Of a stretch of 64,000 nucleotides of DNA, positions 19,098-28,800 are shown piece by piece. Under the pieces are notes generated by a model, which saw only the letters and a list, made by a program, of their open reading frames with translations, made no database searches and had not been told where the DNA came from. The stretch lies in assembly GCA_000004985.1 (NCBI GenBank), contig GG738853.1, one strand, 5' to 3'. Numbering within the stretch: position 1 is the first letter of the stretch; each line of letters opens with the position of its first letter. Both the position numbers and the translations under genes were made by a program. This DNA comes from Naegleria gruberi (taxonomy: Eukaryota).

Positions 19098-19407
19098 GTT
19101 GTTGATGTTTTTTAATTGTATGTACAATAATTATTTGAATCGTGATGGTTGATGACTAAAGAGTTCCTCATTCCTCAGTTTAGCCCATAACTCACACACT
19201 GATACTCACAAGTGAATCCATCATCCAGGGACCAATTGATTCATTGGTTTGTTTTTTTTTAAAGTGGACAGAGCAGTTGATGCATCTTTTTATTCGGTCG
19301 CTTACTAAGGAACCAACAACGGAAGAGTCTTTCCATCCTGTTCCTTATCACAAATTTACAACTCTATTAAGGCGCGGAATTCATCTTCTTCGTCTCTTTG
19401 TTTCTCC

Positions 19408-20508
19408 ATGGTTGTAGGAAATGATGAGGAAAAGTATAAGAGTTTGATATTCAACGCTTTCTGCAAATTCTTCACTCACCATTCTTTTCAAGAATTTAAT
19501 CTTCAAGGAAGAAGGAACTCGACTTCAATTCAACAACATTCATCTTTCCTGATCAACAATTACAACAACAATCAAAAAAAATACCTCACCTTCGCACAAC
19601 CTTTTGCTTGTTCGCCATCTGGTACTATTTTTTTTCACATGGAATTTATAGAACTTTCGGATGATAATTGTTTCGAAATAATTAGTTATTTGGATAATTG
19701 GTTTGTTTTGAAAAATTGCACACTCATTTCCAAGCAATGGTATGACGTGATTCGGTATCGTGTTTCGAATCTTTCCATTTCTTTTAGAAAGAAAATGGAC
19801 GAGGAAAGAGTTTCGAATATATGGAAGAGTGAATTTTTGAATTGCATTAGCAAGGTTCATGTCGGATGTTATGTTGGAAAGAGTTTCTTATTAGCCCTCC
19901 AGAAAATGAAAAATTTAACTTGGTTGGATATTCATTCGAATCAGATTGATTCTGAAGGAGCTCGATTAATTAGTCAAATTCAACAATTGAAATATCTGGA
20001 TATTGGATGCAATCAAATTGGGACGAAAGGAGCCGAATTTATGAGTGAAATGAAACAATTAACTTGCCTAAAAGTCAATAATAATCAACTGAAAGATGAG
20101 GCAATGCAATCAATTGGTCAATTGGAAAATTTAACACATCTTAATGTGAATGGAAATGAAATTCACTCAAATGGTGTTGAACACATTGTGAATTTGAAAC
20201 AATTGACTCGACTTGAAATGAATTGTAATGAAATTAGAAATCTTAATCCTGATTCGATTAGTCAACTTTCGAATTTGACCTATCTTGATATTTACAATAA
20301 TAATACAGGAAATTCGGCTGTGCAAGCAATTACAAGTCTGAAACAATTAACTTTCCTAAATATTGGTTACAATGGAGTTACTTGGTTTGGAGCTTTCTCA
20401 TTGAGCGAAATGAAACAATTGAAAAATCTTAAAATGAAAAGCAATTCAATTGGAAACGATGGACTAGAAGCTTTAAAAAGTTTAATATTTACACAAATTG
20501 AATTGTAA
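19408..20508 (+). CDS. F-box-like / RNI-type leucine-rich-repeat protein
   Basis: ATG at 19408 and a 366-aa ORF. An F-box-like segment (...FIELSDDNCFEIISYLDNWFVLKNCTLISKQWYDVIRY...) is followed by at least eight ~28-aa LRRs (LxxLxxLdIxxNqIgxeGaxxIsxmkqLtxLxvnxNxi). Confidence 0.7.
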   Translation: MVVGNDEEKYKSLIFNAFCKFFTHHSFQEFNLQGRRNSTSIQQHSSFLINNYNNNQKKYLTFAQPFACSPSGTIFFHMEFIELSDDNCFEIISYLDNWFVLKNCTLISKQWYDVIRYRVSNLSISFRKKMDEERVSNIWKSEFLNCISKVHVGCYVGKSFLLALQKMKNLTWLDIHSNQIDSEGARLISQIQQLKYLDIGCNQIGTKGAEFMSEMKQLTCLKVNNNQLKDEAMQSIGQLENLTHLNVNGNEIHSNGVEHIVNLKQLTRLEMNCNEIRNLNPDSISQLSNLTYLDIYNNNTGNSAVQAITSLKQLTFLNIGYNGVTWFGAFSLSEMKQLKNLKMKSNSIGNDGLEALKSLIFTQIEL

Positions 20509-20602
20509 TAATTATAAAATCAAACAAAATTGACAAGAAAAAAAGAAGAAACGTATTTGCACCTAAAATGGAAATTCTAAATTTTTAAATTTCTAAAAAA
20601 AA

Positions 20603-21637
20603 ATGCTAAAATCAATCACCACGTTTATCAAGAATAAAATTTCATATGATGATGATAATCAGCCCACTCGGAATGAAATTAAAGAAATTATTTTATTAGA
20701 AAAGAATTTAGAATTTGATTTTCTCCGATCGAATAATTCAAATGGTGATGATCAAGAAGTATCGTCATCATTAGTGAACATGAGGAATAATTCTGTTGAT
20801 AATCTATTGGAGAGTTATCTTCCCGATGAAATGATAATTCACATTTTACAATTTCTTCCAATTACTTGTTTGATAAATCTGGAACGAATTTCACAGAATT
20901 TCAGAAATTATTGGTGTCAATTACCTGAATTGTGGAAGAATCAATTGAATGGAAGGAATATAATGCCCTTCTTACCAATGAATTATGGATCAACAAGAAA
21001 ATACTACCAGAATCAGTTATATTTCGAACAGTTTTTTAAACCAAAATTGGTTAATTCATTTACAATTTTGAAAAAGAATGAAGTATCTTCAAATTTTGCC
21101 ACTCGTTGTTCTTTAATCCTGTTGGGGGATGGATTTTTACAAAAAAGATTCTTGCTACGTATCTGCTCTCTATTTAATTTATCAGCTAGTAAGGGAACAG
21201 TCAGATTTAAGGTAGATCCATATACGGATAATCATTGCATTGATATAATTACAAGTAATCCATGGGTTATCCATACTGCAAGACAGCAGCAAGCAAAAAT
21301 TGCTTGTTTTTGTTTCAATCTCAATGATTATGAATCATTTGTTCAATTTTTTAAATTTAGCTTTTTAAGTTGGAAAAAATCAAATGAACTAGAGGATGAA
21401 GTAATGGAACATTTAGAAAGGAATGAGAAATTTGTATTGATATTTGGATTTTTATCAGATAATGAGGAGGAAAAGGTTCCTCATGGAGAAATTTGTAAAT
21501 TCATTGAGGATAACTTTGGAAAATCATCAATTTCTCAATTACACTCTAACAGAGTGCAATATTTCAAAATCAATCCAGTCAGTGCTTCGATTGAGAATTT
21601 ACTATTTCCAATATTGTATGCCAGATGCTTACTCTAA
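20603..21637 (+). CDS. F-box protein, C-terminal region of unknown fold
   Basis: ATG at 20603 and a 344-aa ORF. An F-box motif is present (LPDEMIIHILQFLPITCLINLERISQNFRNYWCQLPELW). The rest is not recognised. It lies immediately downstream of the F-box/LRR gene on the same strand. Confidence 0.55.
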   Translation: MLKSITTFIKNKISYDDDNQPTRNEIKEIILLEKNLEFDFLRSNNSNGDDQEVSSSLVNMRNNSVDNLLESYLPDEMIIHILQFLPITCLINLERISQNFRNYWCQLPELWKNQLNGRNIMPFLPMNYGSTRKYYQNQLYFEQFFKPKLVNSFTILKKNEVSSNFATRCSLILLGDGFLQKRFLLRICSLFNLSASKGTVRFKVDPYTDNHCIDIITSNPWVIHTARQQQAKIACFCFNLNDYESFVQFFKFSFLSWKKSNELEDEVMEHLERNEKFVLIFGFLSDNEEEKVPHGEICKFIEDNFGKSSISQLHSNRVQYFKINPVSASIENLLFPILYARCLL

Positions 21638-22033
21638 ACATTTCACAGAGAGTACGATTCAATTTAAGGGATGGGAAAATTTCTACAATTATTATTCCTT
21701 TCTGTAGATAATTTATTAGAAAGTCTATTTGAAATAGTGAAAACCACTAATAAAAATGTCAACGAATGTGTACTTTTCAATTCGAAACTCAATTTTCTTT
21801 CAAATTCCAATCAAAAGATTTAATATTGAGCTATAAGGAAATCTGATCACGATTTCATCATATTTTATGATACTTTCTCATACGTATCCAGTTACCTATT
21901 CTTTTGTGCTTCCTGCGGAGCATTGAGTGGAAAGAAAGCTACTTGAAAAAATATCCATTTCCCAATCTGGAAAAACTACTCCGCAAACTATTTATGAAAA
22001 GAAATAACCAGTACTATTAATAATATTGAAAAA

Positions 22034-23470
22034 ATGTCTCGTTCATATGGTAAACTGTTGGTTATTAACAGTGTCTTGTCATTTCTACTTGTATTCATTT
22101 TGACAGAATTCTGTCATGCCTTGCCAAAAATCAGAGGTTTCAAACAACAATCAAATTCTATTGTAAGACCTTGGTCACAAACGTTTGGAGATTATCGTTT
22201 CTCGAACTTGGTCAATTTCACTCTATCCCATTCTGATTGGTCAACTGAACTTGGTGGCTCAATTGACGAAAACAGTGTAGCCTTTGCTTCTCTTACTAAC
22301 AACAAGGAAGGTTACCTGTACATGATAATTGACTATCCATATACCAATCTGAATTCTACCTTCATCAAATTAGATGCCACCAGTGGTAAAATTGTCCAAA
22401 CTTTAGTTAACATTATTCCACAAGATTCTCAACCAGTCATTATAGAAATTGCAGCACTTTTGGATTCGAATGGAAACTATTACGTAATTAGAAAAAGCAA
22501 AAACGATCACAATGGAGTACTTTTAATGAAAATATCAACAAGTAATTTCCAGGTGCTAACAATTTCAATTTCCACAAGTTTCTTCACTGGAATGGTCATT
22601 TCAGAAAGGAATAATTTGCTAATTGTCCATGGAAATGAATTCGTTTCTGCTTTCAATTTGGATACTTTGAAAACGGTATGGACAACCCAATTGAAAAAGG
22701 ATGATACAATCTCAGAGTCAACCATTGTCCTCGTTGAGAATGAATTCAACGATGGAATTGACATTGTGTACTGTTCTTTCAGAAGTTTCGTATTCAGAAT
22801 TAGAGCAAGAGACGGAGCTGTATTGTCAACAATGGATGTGCACGATGACAGATACTTTGTTGAGATATATCTTTTGCAAATTAGTTATAGTGGAATTCCT
22901 GGTTTAATTGGAGTTCAGTTTGGTTCATATTTCATGTCAATTGAAACAACCACACAAACTTTAGGTCCTAGAACTAAATTGGTATCATTAGAATATTGTA
23001 GTCCTCCAATGTCCACACAAATCAAGAGTGGAGAATCAGAATTCCATTTTGAAACTGTTTTTACCTGTTCCAACATTTCATCTTACATGCAATGGACATT
23101 TGGTTCCAATTATTTGTTAAATTACAAAACTCTCGCTCATCACCAGGGAAATGGAAGAATTGTAATTGAAAATCCCAAATTGAAATATGAATTGGATGTT
23201 GGAAGAGGGCAGGAATCTCATCTTCTTCCAACAAATTCATTGGATTCGTCTGGGTTGACTATTTTGGTTGGATCCAATTCTCAAGAATTTCCACAACCAT
23301 TCAAGTATGATCTTTCAAGAAATGGCATTTCAAAGGTTCAACTTTCGAATAGGAAGAGTGGTGTTTTGAATTCGAAATTTTTGACCTATACAGCAAGTAA
23401 TTCTAGAATGTATGTCTGTAACAATAATGAGAAGAAAAACTATTGCTACTCATCATTGATTCAACAATAA
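22034..23470 (+). CDS. secreted hypothetical protein with N-terminal signal peptide (possible beta-propeller)
   Basis: ATG at 22034. The hydrophobic N-terminus MSRSYGKLLVINSVLSFLLVFILTEFCHA fits a signal peptide. It is a 478-aa single ORF. No confident domain. Segments such as LLIVHGNEFVSAFNLDTLKTVWTTQL are reminiscent of propeller blades. Confidence 0.5.
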   Translation: MSRSYGKLLVINSVLSFLLVFILTEFCHALPKIRGFKQQSNSIVRPWSQTFGDYRFSNLVNFTLSHSDWSTELGGSIDENSVAFASLTNNKEGYLYMIIDYPYTNLNSTFIKLDATSGKIVQTLVNIIPQDSQPVIIEIAALLDSNGNYYVIRKSKNDHNGVLLMKISTSNFQVLTISISTSFFTGMVISERNNLLIVHGNEFVSAFNLDTLKTVWTTQLKKDDTISESTIVLVENEFNDGIDIVYCSFRSFVFRIRARDGAVLSTMDVHDDRYFVEIYLLQISYSGIPGLIGVQFGSYFMSIETTTQTLGPRTKLVSLEYCSPPMSTQIKSGESEFHFETVFTCSNISSYMQWTFGSNYLLNYKTLAHHQGNGRIVIENPKLKYELDVGRGQESHLLPTNSLDSSGLTILVGSNSQEFPQPFKYDLSRNGISKVQLSNRKSGVLNSKFLTYTASNSRMYVCNNNEKKNYCYSSLIQQ

Positions 23471-23595
23471 ATTTGGTATTCCACACAAAAAAGAATTTAT
23501 TCGAAAGATTTTAAATAAAAAATGTGTCATCTTTGAATTATTCGAAAGTAGGAGTTCATCATATTCCGAAATATATTGAGTTTCTAACTAAAAAA

Positions 23596-25020
23596 ATGAG
23601 CAAGATTTTCAAACTCATAATAGCATGCACAACATTATTGGTGTTTAGTTTCGTTTTCTTTCGTCTACTGACCAAGTCACCAATTAATTCAGATAATAAC
23701 ATTTTCGATAGAAATTCCAATACAAAACAAGAAACACCCACCATTCCACACAAGAACAACCTACCAAGAGTCGTAATAGTCCTGGGAACAAGACCAGAGG
23801 CCATCAAATGTGCCCCACTAATCTCACACCTCAAATCAAACTATTCCTCCGAATTGGAATTGATTGTTCTAAGTACTGGCCAGCACAGTGAAATTCTGAA
23901 ACAAACATTGGCAGTATTTGATCAACATGTGGACATTGATTTGGAATTAATGGAACCCAATCAAAGTATTTCCTCATTCTTTACACTTGCTTATCAAAGG
24001 ATTAGTTTAGAATTTGAGAGACAGGGACCTATTTCTATAGTGTTGGTTCAGGGTGATACGACCACATCTCTTGCTGCTGCCCTTGCTGCCAGTTATTTAA
24101 AGATACCTGTTGGACATGTAGAAGCTGGATTGAGATCGTACGATTTCAATAGTCCATTTCCAGAAGAATTGAATTGTAAAATGATTGATTCATTTGCTAG
24201 ACTCTTGTTTGCTCCAACTGATTTCTCTAAGGCAGCTCTTGTTAGAGAAGGTATTTGTCCACAGCATGTGCATGTCACTGGTAATACTGGCATTGATTCG
24301 TTCTATTCCTTAATGTCTGTTCCACCAAAGATAATTCCAGAATTTCTGAAAAATATCAAAAGTTTTAAAGGCAGCAATGATCATGCAGCAGAAACATTGG
24401 CAATTGAGTCACATCATCGAATAGTAATTCTTGTTACAATGCACAGAAGAGAAAACATTCCACACTTTAAGGAAATGTGTAATGCCATCAAAACAATTTC
24501 CAATACATTTGGAAAGAATGTCATGATCATTCTACCTGTACATCCAAATCCCAATGCTAAGAGTGTAGTTAATGAAGTGTTGTCAGCATTGGATAACGTA
24601 CAACTCGTTGATCCAATTGCCTATGACATCTTTCCACATGTGATTAGTGAAGCTGACATTATTGTTACTGACTCTGGAGGTATTCAGGAGGAATCAGCAA
24701 GTATTGGAAAGCCAGTTATTCTCATGAGAGATACGACTGAGAGACCAGAGGGAATTTATATTGGAACTATTAAAAAGATTGGAGTCAATTATTTTCACAT
24801 TGTGAAAGCCATGACAGATGCAATTAAGGATTCACAAAATTCGAAACAAATTCTTTCGAAACACATATTTGGAGATGGGAAAGCTAGCATGAGAATTTCA
24901 AAAATTGTTCGTGATTTTGTCACCTCCAAATTACCAGATTCTATAGAATGTTCTACTCAATTCATCCAAGATTCAATTGCAGAAAGTGTTTACTCTCAAA
25001 ATTTTACCATTCGAAAGTAG
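23596..25020 (+). CDS. bacterial-type (WecB/MnaA-like) UDP-N-acetylglucosamine 2-epimerase with N-terminal transmembrane anchor
   Basis: The track ORF starts at GTG 23524 and the first ATG is 23596 (MSKIFKLIIACTTLLVFSFVFFRLL..., one hydrophobic helix). The remainder aligns along its whole length with E. coli WecB. Matching blocks are VLGTRPEAIKCAPL, VLVQGDTTTSLAAALAASYLKIPVGHVEAGLRSYD...PFPEE, VTGNTGIDS, HRREN, PVHPNPN, TDSGGIQEE and KPVILMRDTTERPEG. Confidence 0.85.
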   Translation: MSKIFKLIIACTTLLVFSFVFFRLLTKSPINSDNNIFDRNSNTKQETPTIPHKNNLPRVVIVLGTRPEAIKCAPLISHLKSNYSSELELIVLSTGQHSEILKQTLAVFDQHVDIDLELMEPNQSISSFFTLAYQRISLEFERQGPISIVLVQGDTTTSLAAALAASYLKIPVGHVEAGLRSYDFNSPFPEELNCKMIDSFARLLFAPTDFSKAALVREGICPQHVHVTGNTGIDSFYSLMSVPPKIIPEFLKNIKSFKGSNDHAAETLAIESHHRIVILVTMHRRENIPHFKEMCNAIKTISNTFGKNVMIILPVHPNPNAKSVVNEVLSALDNVQLVDPIAYDIFPHVISEADIIVTDSGGIQEESASIGKPVILMRDTTERPEGIYIGTIKKIGVNYFHIVKAMTDAIKDSQNSKQILSKHIFGDGKASMRISKIVRDFVTSKLPDSIECSTQFIQDSIAESVYSQNFTIRK

Positions 25021-25220
25021 AAAGAAGGAATTATTGGAAAGATCAACAGATAACTCCCCATACAAGAGTTATTCTCATTACCAAGAACAGAACTTGAAGA
25101 GATGGATTCCCCTCTCGATCAACTCTATACTTTCTGAAAAATCAAACAAATTAGTTGAAATGAATCATGTCCATCATACATGTTTATTACAACTTTCTTT
25201 AAGATATTTGTGAAACTGAG

Positions 25221-26252
25221 TTATTCGAAAGAAAAGTCAATATCATGATAATTTCCTGCCTTTTTAAACTCAAAATAAGTTGGCATGGCCTTTCGTTTCA
25301 TGGTGAGTGCATTCCACATGGAAATTTGATTTTCCTTCTTTTTAAATCTGAAAATAATTTGATATTCTTTAGAATTGATTTGAATCTCATCTTTTCCATA
25401 AAACAATCGAATACGTTTCATATCTCTAATATCAACAACCTTTTCCAATTCTCTCTCATAATTGCCCAATTCTGCATCTGAATTAATGTTAACTTTTAAG
25501 AAGTGTTGATAAATTATCTCATTACTATTTGGTTTGAATAAAAGCAATTCACCCAATTTGGAAATTGCAATCGATCCATTCTCAATCAATTGATTCCCAA
25601 TCTCCTTACTGTTAATAATTTCAAATTCCAACCCAACCAAAAGATAATCGAACATGTACAATTCTATTGATTGCAGAAATTCAGTATTCTTCTTCACATC
25701 CTTCAGAAATGTACTCTGTTCTGAGAAAAACACAATTTTTTCAGTTAATTTCTTTAAGAGCAAATCAGTTTTCTCTTTTTGATCAGTATCCTCGAGATAT
25801 TTCTGTAAATCTCGATATAAAAGGATATATCTGGATAATCTTGAAAGGAAATAAAAATTAATCATCATTTCATTAGTAAATATCTTGTTATAAATTCCTT
25901 TCCAAACATTGCAATCAAAGGTAATGGAATTGACAATGAAAGTTTCCATAAACAAATCATTATCCAAAAATTTAGACAAGTTTCCAACACACAATTCGAA
26001 ACATGCCTCATAATTTGATGAATCCACAACAACATTCAGCCTATCGTAATATTCCTTCATCACCCAATAAATTTGATCAAGTTTTTTATATTGAAATCTC
26101 AAGTAAATTTGCTGATCCAATGTAAAACAATCCAAATTATTAGTCAACCAGAAATTAAACATTTCGGAAGTTTCTTTAAATTTGCTTATGGTTGTTTGAT
26201 CGGTTTGGATAATTTCTTGCAAGACACGACATGCTCTTTCAATGTTATTCAT
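25221..26252 (-). CDS. hypothetical protein (343 aa), no confident domain
   Basis: ATG at 26252-26250 and an uninterrupted ORF. There is weak resemblance to a DH-like helical bundle followed by a PH-like C-terminus (...IRLFYGKDEIQINSKEYQIIFRFKKKENQISMWNALTMKRK...). I would not call it a domain. Confidence 0.4.
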   Translation of the reverse strand: MNNIERACRVLQEIIQTDQTTISKFKETSEMFNFWLTNNLDCFTLDQQIYLRFQYKKLDQIYWVMKEYYDRLNVVVDSSNYEACFELCVGNLSKFLDNDLFMETFIVNSITFDCNVWKGIYNKIFTNEMMINFYFLSRLSRYILLYRDLQKYLEDTDQKEKTDLLLKKLTEKIVFFSEQSTFLKDVKKNTEFLQSIELYMFDYLLVGLEFEIINSKEIGNQLIENGSIAISKLGELLLFKPNSNEIIYQHFLKVNINSDAELGNYERELEKVVDIRDMKRIRLFYGKDEIQINSKEYQIIFRFKKKENQISMWNALTMKRKAMPTYFEFKKAGNYHDIDFSFE

Positions 26253-26925
26253 TTTTTTTTATATTTAAAGTTCTCTATTCGAAATGAGACTATTTATATT
26301 GAAAAATGTAAGGTTGCATGGTTACTGACTTGTTGTAATGATGACTCAACTTGACATTTAAAGAAAAAATATGAACAAAAGAACTTGGCTTTTTTTGTAA
26401 TTTTTGACACTTTTGATTCTAATTAGCTTCAAAATAATTCATCCATGCAACAACACATTCTATTTATTTACAATAACTTTAGTCAATCACTTACTCACAT
26501 CTACACAGATATCATTAATATCTTCATCACTTTACAATTCTCTTAAAACAAGCAAAGTATTTAAATTGTTCAATAAGGCAGAAACCGATCGAATTGTTGG
26601 CGAAGAAGAAGCTAGAAAAATAGCATTGGAGAATGGAAATCTTTATACTGTGAAATTTCCAAAGATATCGAATCTATTAAGTAACTAGTTGTTGTTACTT
26701 TGGAACTAGAAGTTTTAGCAGAATAAATTGCATGGTCAACTGCTTATCAAGACTTTGGGAATATTTTCATCTTGATTCCTTTGAAATGTTGAAAGAAACA
26801 GCAGAATTACATGAAAACAAAGAGTTGGAAGTTATCAAAAACTGAATCCTTCACACATCCATAAGTAGTCATGCCTCCGACCAAACTTCGGAGTTTCACA
26901 CCAAAAAAAAATACGCGTACACACA

Positions 26926-27714
26926 ATGCAAGCATTCATTAACATGGCCACTCTCTGGTTGGACTTATCCTTTCTCTTTGGATCCATAGCCTACACTGCA
27001 GGTTGCATTGTGTTGATACTAAAGGTTTCGTATTTTGTCGAAGGAGTTATCCTATTCATTATCGGTTCTGCTTTTTTCATGGTTGGACCAATCGGAAAAA
27101 CACTTGTGGATTTGATGAATTTGGTTCGATATTACATGTGGAAGAGGAGAAGAAGGAAATTCACACAACTTATTGATGATTATCAAAGTGTGAATAGAAA
27201 TCGCTTGGTTGACTATGAAGATTCGAATATTTGGGAAAGACCAAAAGATGTACCATCTATTGGAATGATTAGTTTGGAATTATTTAATGATTTTACTCAA
27301 TTGATTGGAGGAGTTGCATTGACTATTGGATCGAGTCTATATATGGTAAAACCAGAACCTTTATATTTAGTTTATACTGCAGTTTCGAATTGGTTAGGTG
27401 GCTCTTTATTATTCCTTTTAGTTGCATGCATTCAATTTGGAATGAAACAATATGATATTTTAAAGAACCATTCCACCAATCAAAAACTGTCATGCTCATG
27501 TTGCATTCATCATTCTTTTGACATTTCGTCCTATGTGTTCAATATCATTGCTTGTTTGCTATTCTCAATGGGTTCGACATGTTTTTATTTTGTAAATAAC
27601 AGATCTTTAGAAATTAGTGGTGAAGTAATTTGGTCGATGGGATGTGTGTCATGTGTCATGGCAATTGCATGTAGTAGAGTTGTTTGGATTGAGAATTGTT
27701 TTACAAAAGCATAA
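26926..27714 (+). CDS. multi-pass membrane protein (hypothetical)
   Basis: ATG at 26926 and 262 aa. There are at least five hydrophobic helices (e.g. LWLDLSFLFGSIAYTAGCIVLIL, VILFIIGSAFFMVGPIG, LIGGVALTIGSSLYMV, LGGSLLFLLVACIQFG, IIACLLFSMGSTCFYFV) and a basic loop KRRRRK. Confidence 0.5.
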   Translation: MQAFINMATLWLDLSFLFGSIAYTAGCIVLILKVSYFVEGVILFIIGSAFFMVGPIGKTLVDLMNLVRYYMWKRRRRKFTQLIDDYQSVNRNRLVDYEDSNIWERPKDVPSIGMISLELFNDFTQLIGGVALTIGSSLYMVKPEPLYLVYTAVSNWLGGSLLFLLVACIQFGMKQYDILKNHSTNQKLSCSCCIHHSFDISSYVFNIIACLLFSMGSTCFYFVNNRSLEISGEVIWSMGCVSCVMAIACSRVVWIENCFTKA

Positions 27715-27861
27715 ATGCTCCTCTTCTGGAACAGATTAGTTCAAATAACATTAAAAAAAATTGATTCTTCTTTAAACAATTGTCATTTATTAGCTTGTGA
27801 TTGCCGAAACTAAACATCTGAAAATATTTCCACCAATAATAAGAAAAAAGTTTCAAAAAAA

Positions 27862-28677
27862 ATGGCGCGAACAAAACAAACCAAAAGAAAAACATGCCCA
27901 AAAACCGAAGAAGAACAAATCGAAAAGATCAAACAACGTAAAATCCTTCTTGGCCATGAAAATCGCTCATGGAAAAGAACCTCTCCTTCCTTCATTCTCT
28001 ACCCGACCGATATTTCCATCCTCACGAGTACCAACTCTGATCCGAATTCTAATCAATTATTATTATTGGGAAATAAGTTTGTAGAACATGCATGTTCTGA
28101 TTCAACTTGTCATTATGATCTTCCACGAATTAGTTGGAAAAATACTGGATTGAATACACAAGTATTTAGTGATGTTTTGGTTAACAATTATGGAATTCCA
28201 AGAAATGATTGTACGCTCATATGTGATGAAGGAGCTGGTGAAGAGTATTCAGAAATAGCAATGAATATTCTTGAAAAAGTGTTAAATAATGTTCAAGCTT
28301 ATGAAATGAATACGAAACTGATCGAATGTGAAAGAGAACAAGACGAAAGTATCAACAGCATTACCATTGAATATTCAACATGTGGATCAAAGTGTTATTA
28401 CAAATCAAATTGTGATTATGAATATGAATTTGTAGTCTTACTTGTGAGCCAGGATGAATATCTTGCATTTGGACATATTGGATGTCATGCTTTCTATTTA
28501 TTACCTGGATTGGATTATTCGAATTCAGATGGAAGTTCACCTAATGTCTGCTCTGATTCCATTGTAATATATGATGAGGAGAATGATATGTCCTATCCAA
28601 ATATTATTCCACTTTCTAAGGTTTTGCAAAAATCGAAAGAATTTTTAAGAAATGTTTTAGATAACAGATATCACTAG
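27862..28677 (+). CDS. hypothetical protein whose N-terminus mimics the histone H3 tail (MARTKQTKRKT...)
   Basis: ATG at 27862 and 271 aa. The first seven residues after Met (ARTKQT) are identical to the histone H3 N-terminus. The rest is Cys-rich and unrelated to histones. Confidence 0.5.
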   Translation: MARTKQTKRKTCPKTEEEQIEKIKQRKILLGHENRSWKRTSPSFILYPTDISILTSTNSDPNSNQLLLLGNKFVEHACSDSTCHYDLPRISWKNTGLNTQVFSDVLVNNYGIPRNDCTLICDEGAGEEYSEIAMNILEKVLNNVQAYEMNTKLIECEREQDESINSITIEYSTCGSKCYYKSNCDYEYEFVVLLVSQDEYLAFGHIGCHAFYLLPGLDYSNSDGSSPNVCSDSIVIYDEENDMSYPNIIPLSKVLQKSKEFLRNVLDNRYH

Positions 28678-28800
28678 AGAGGTCACTGAGAAAACCAATG
28701 CACAACTCAGTAATATAATAATAAATTTAAAATCATTTCTATGAAAGATAGTAATAGTAGAAAATTTAAACAAACTCCCGCCTTAATTTGAGTAAAAAAA

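Noticed and set aside
26404-26688. 94-aa ORF in the divergent spacer between the genes starting at 26252 (minus) and 26926 (plus).
   Set aside because: The composition is low-complexity and AT-rich. There are no domain features. It occupies what must be the shared promoter region.
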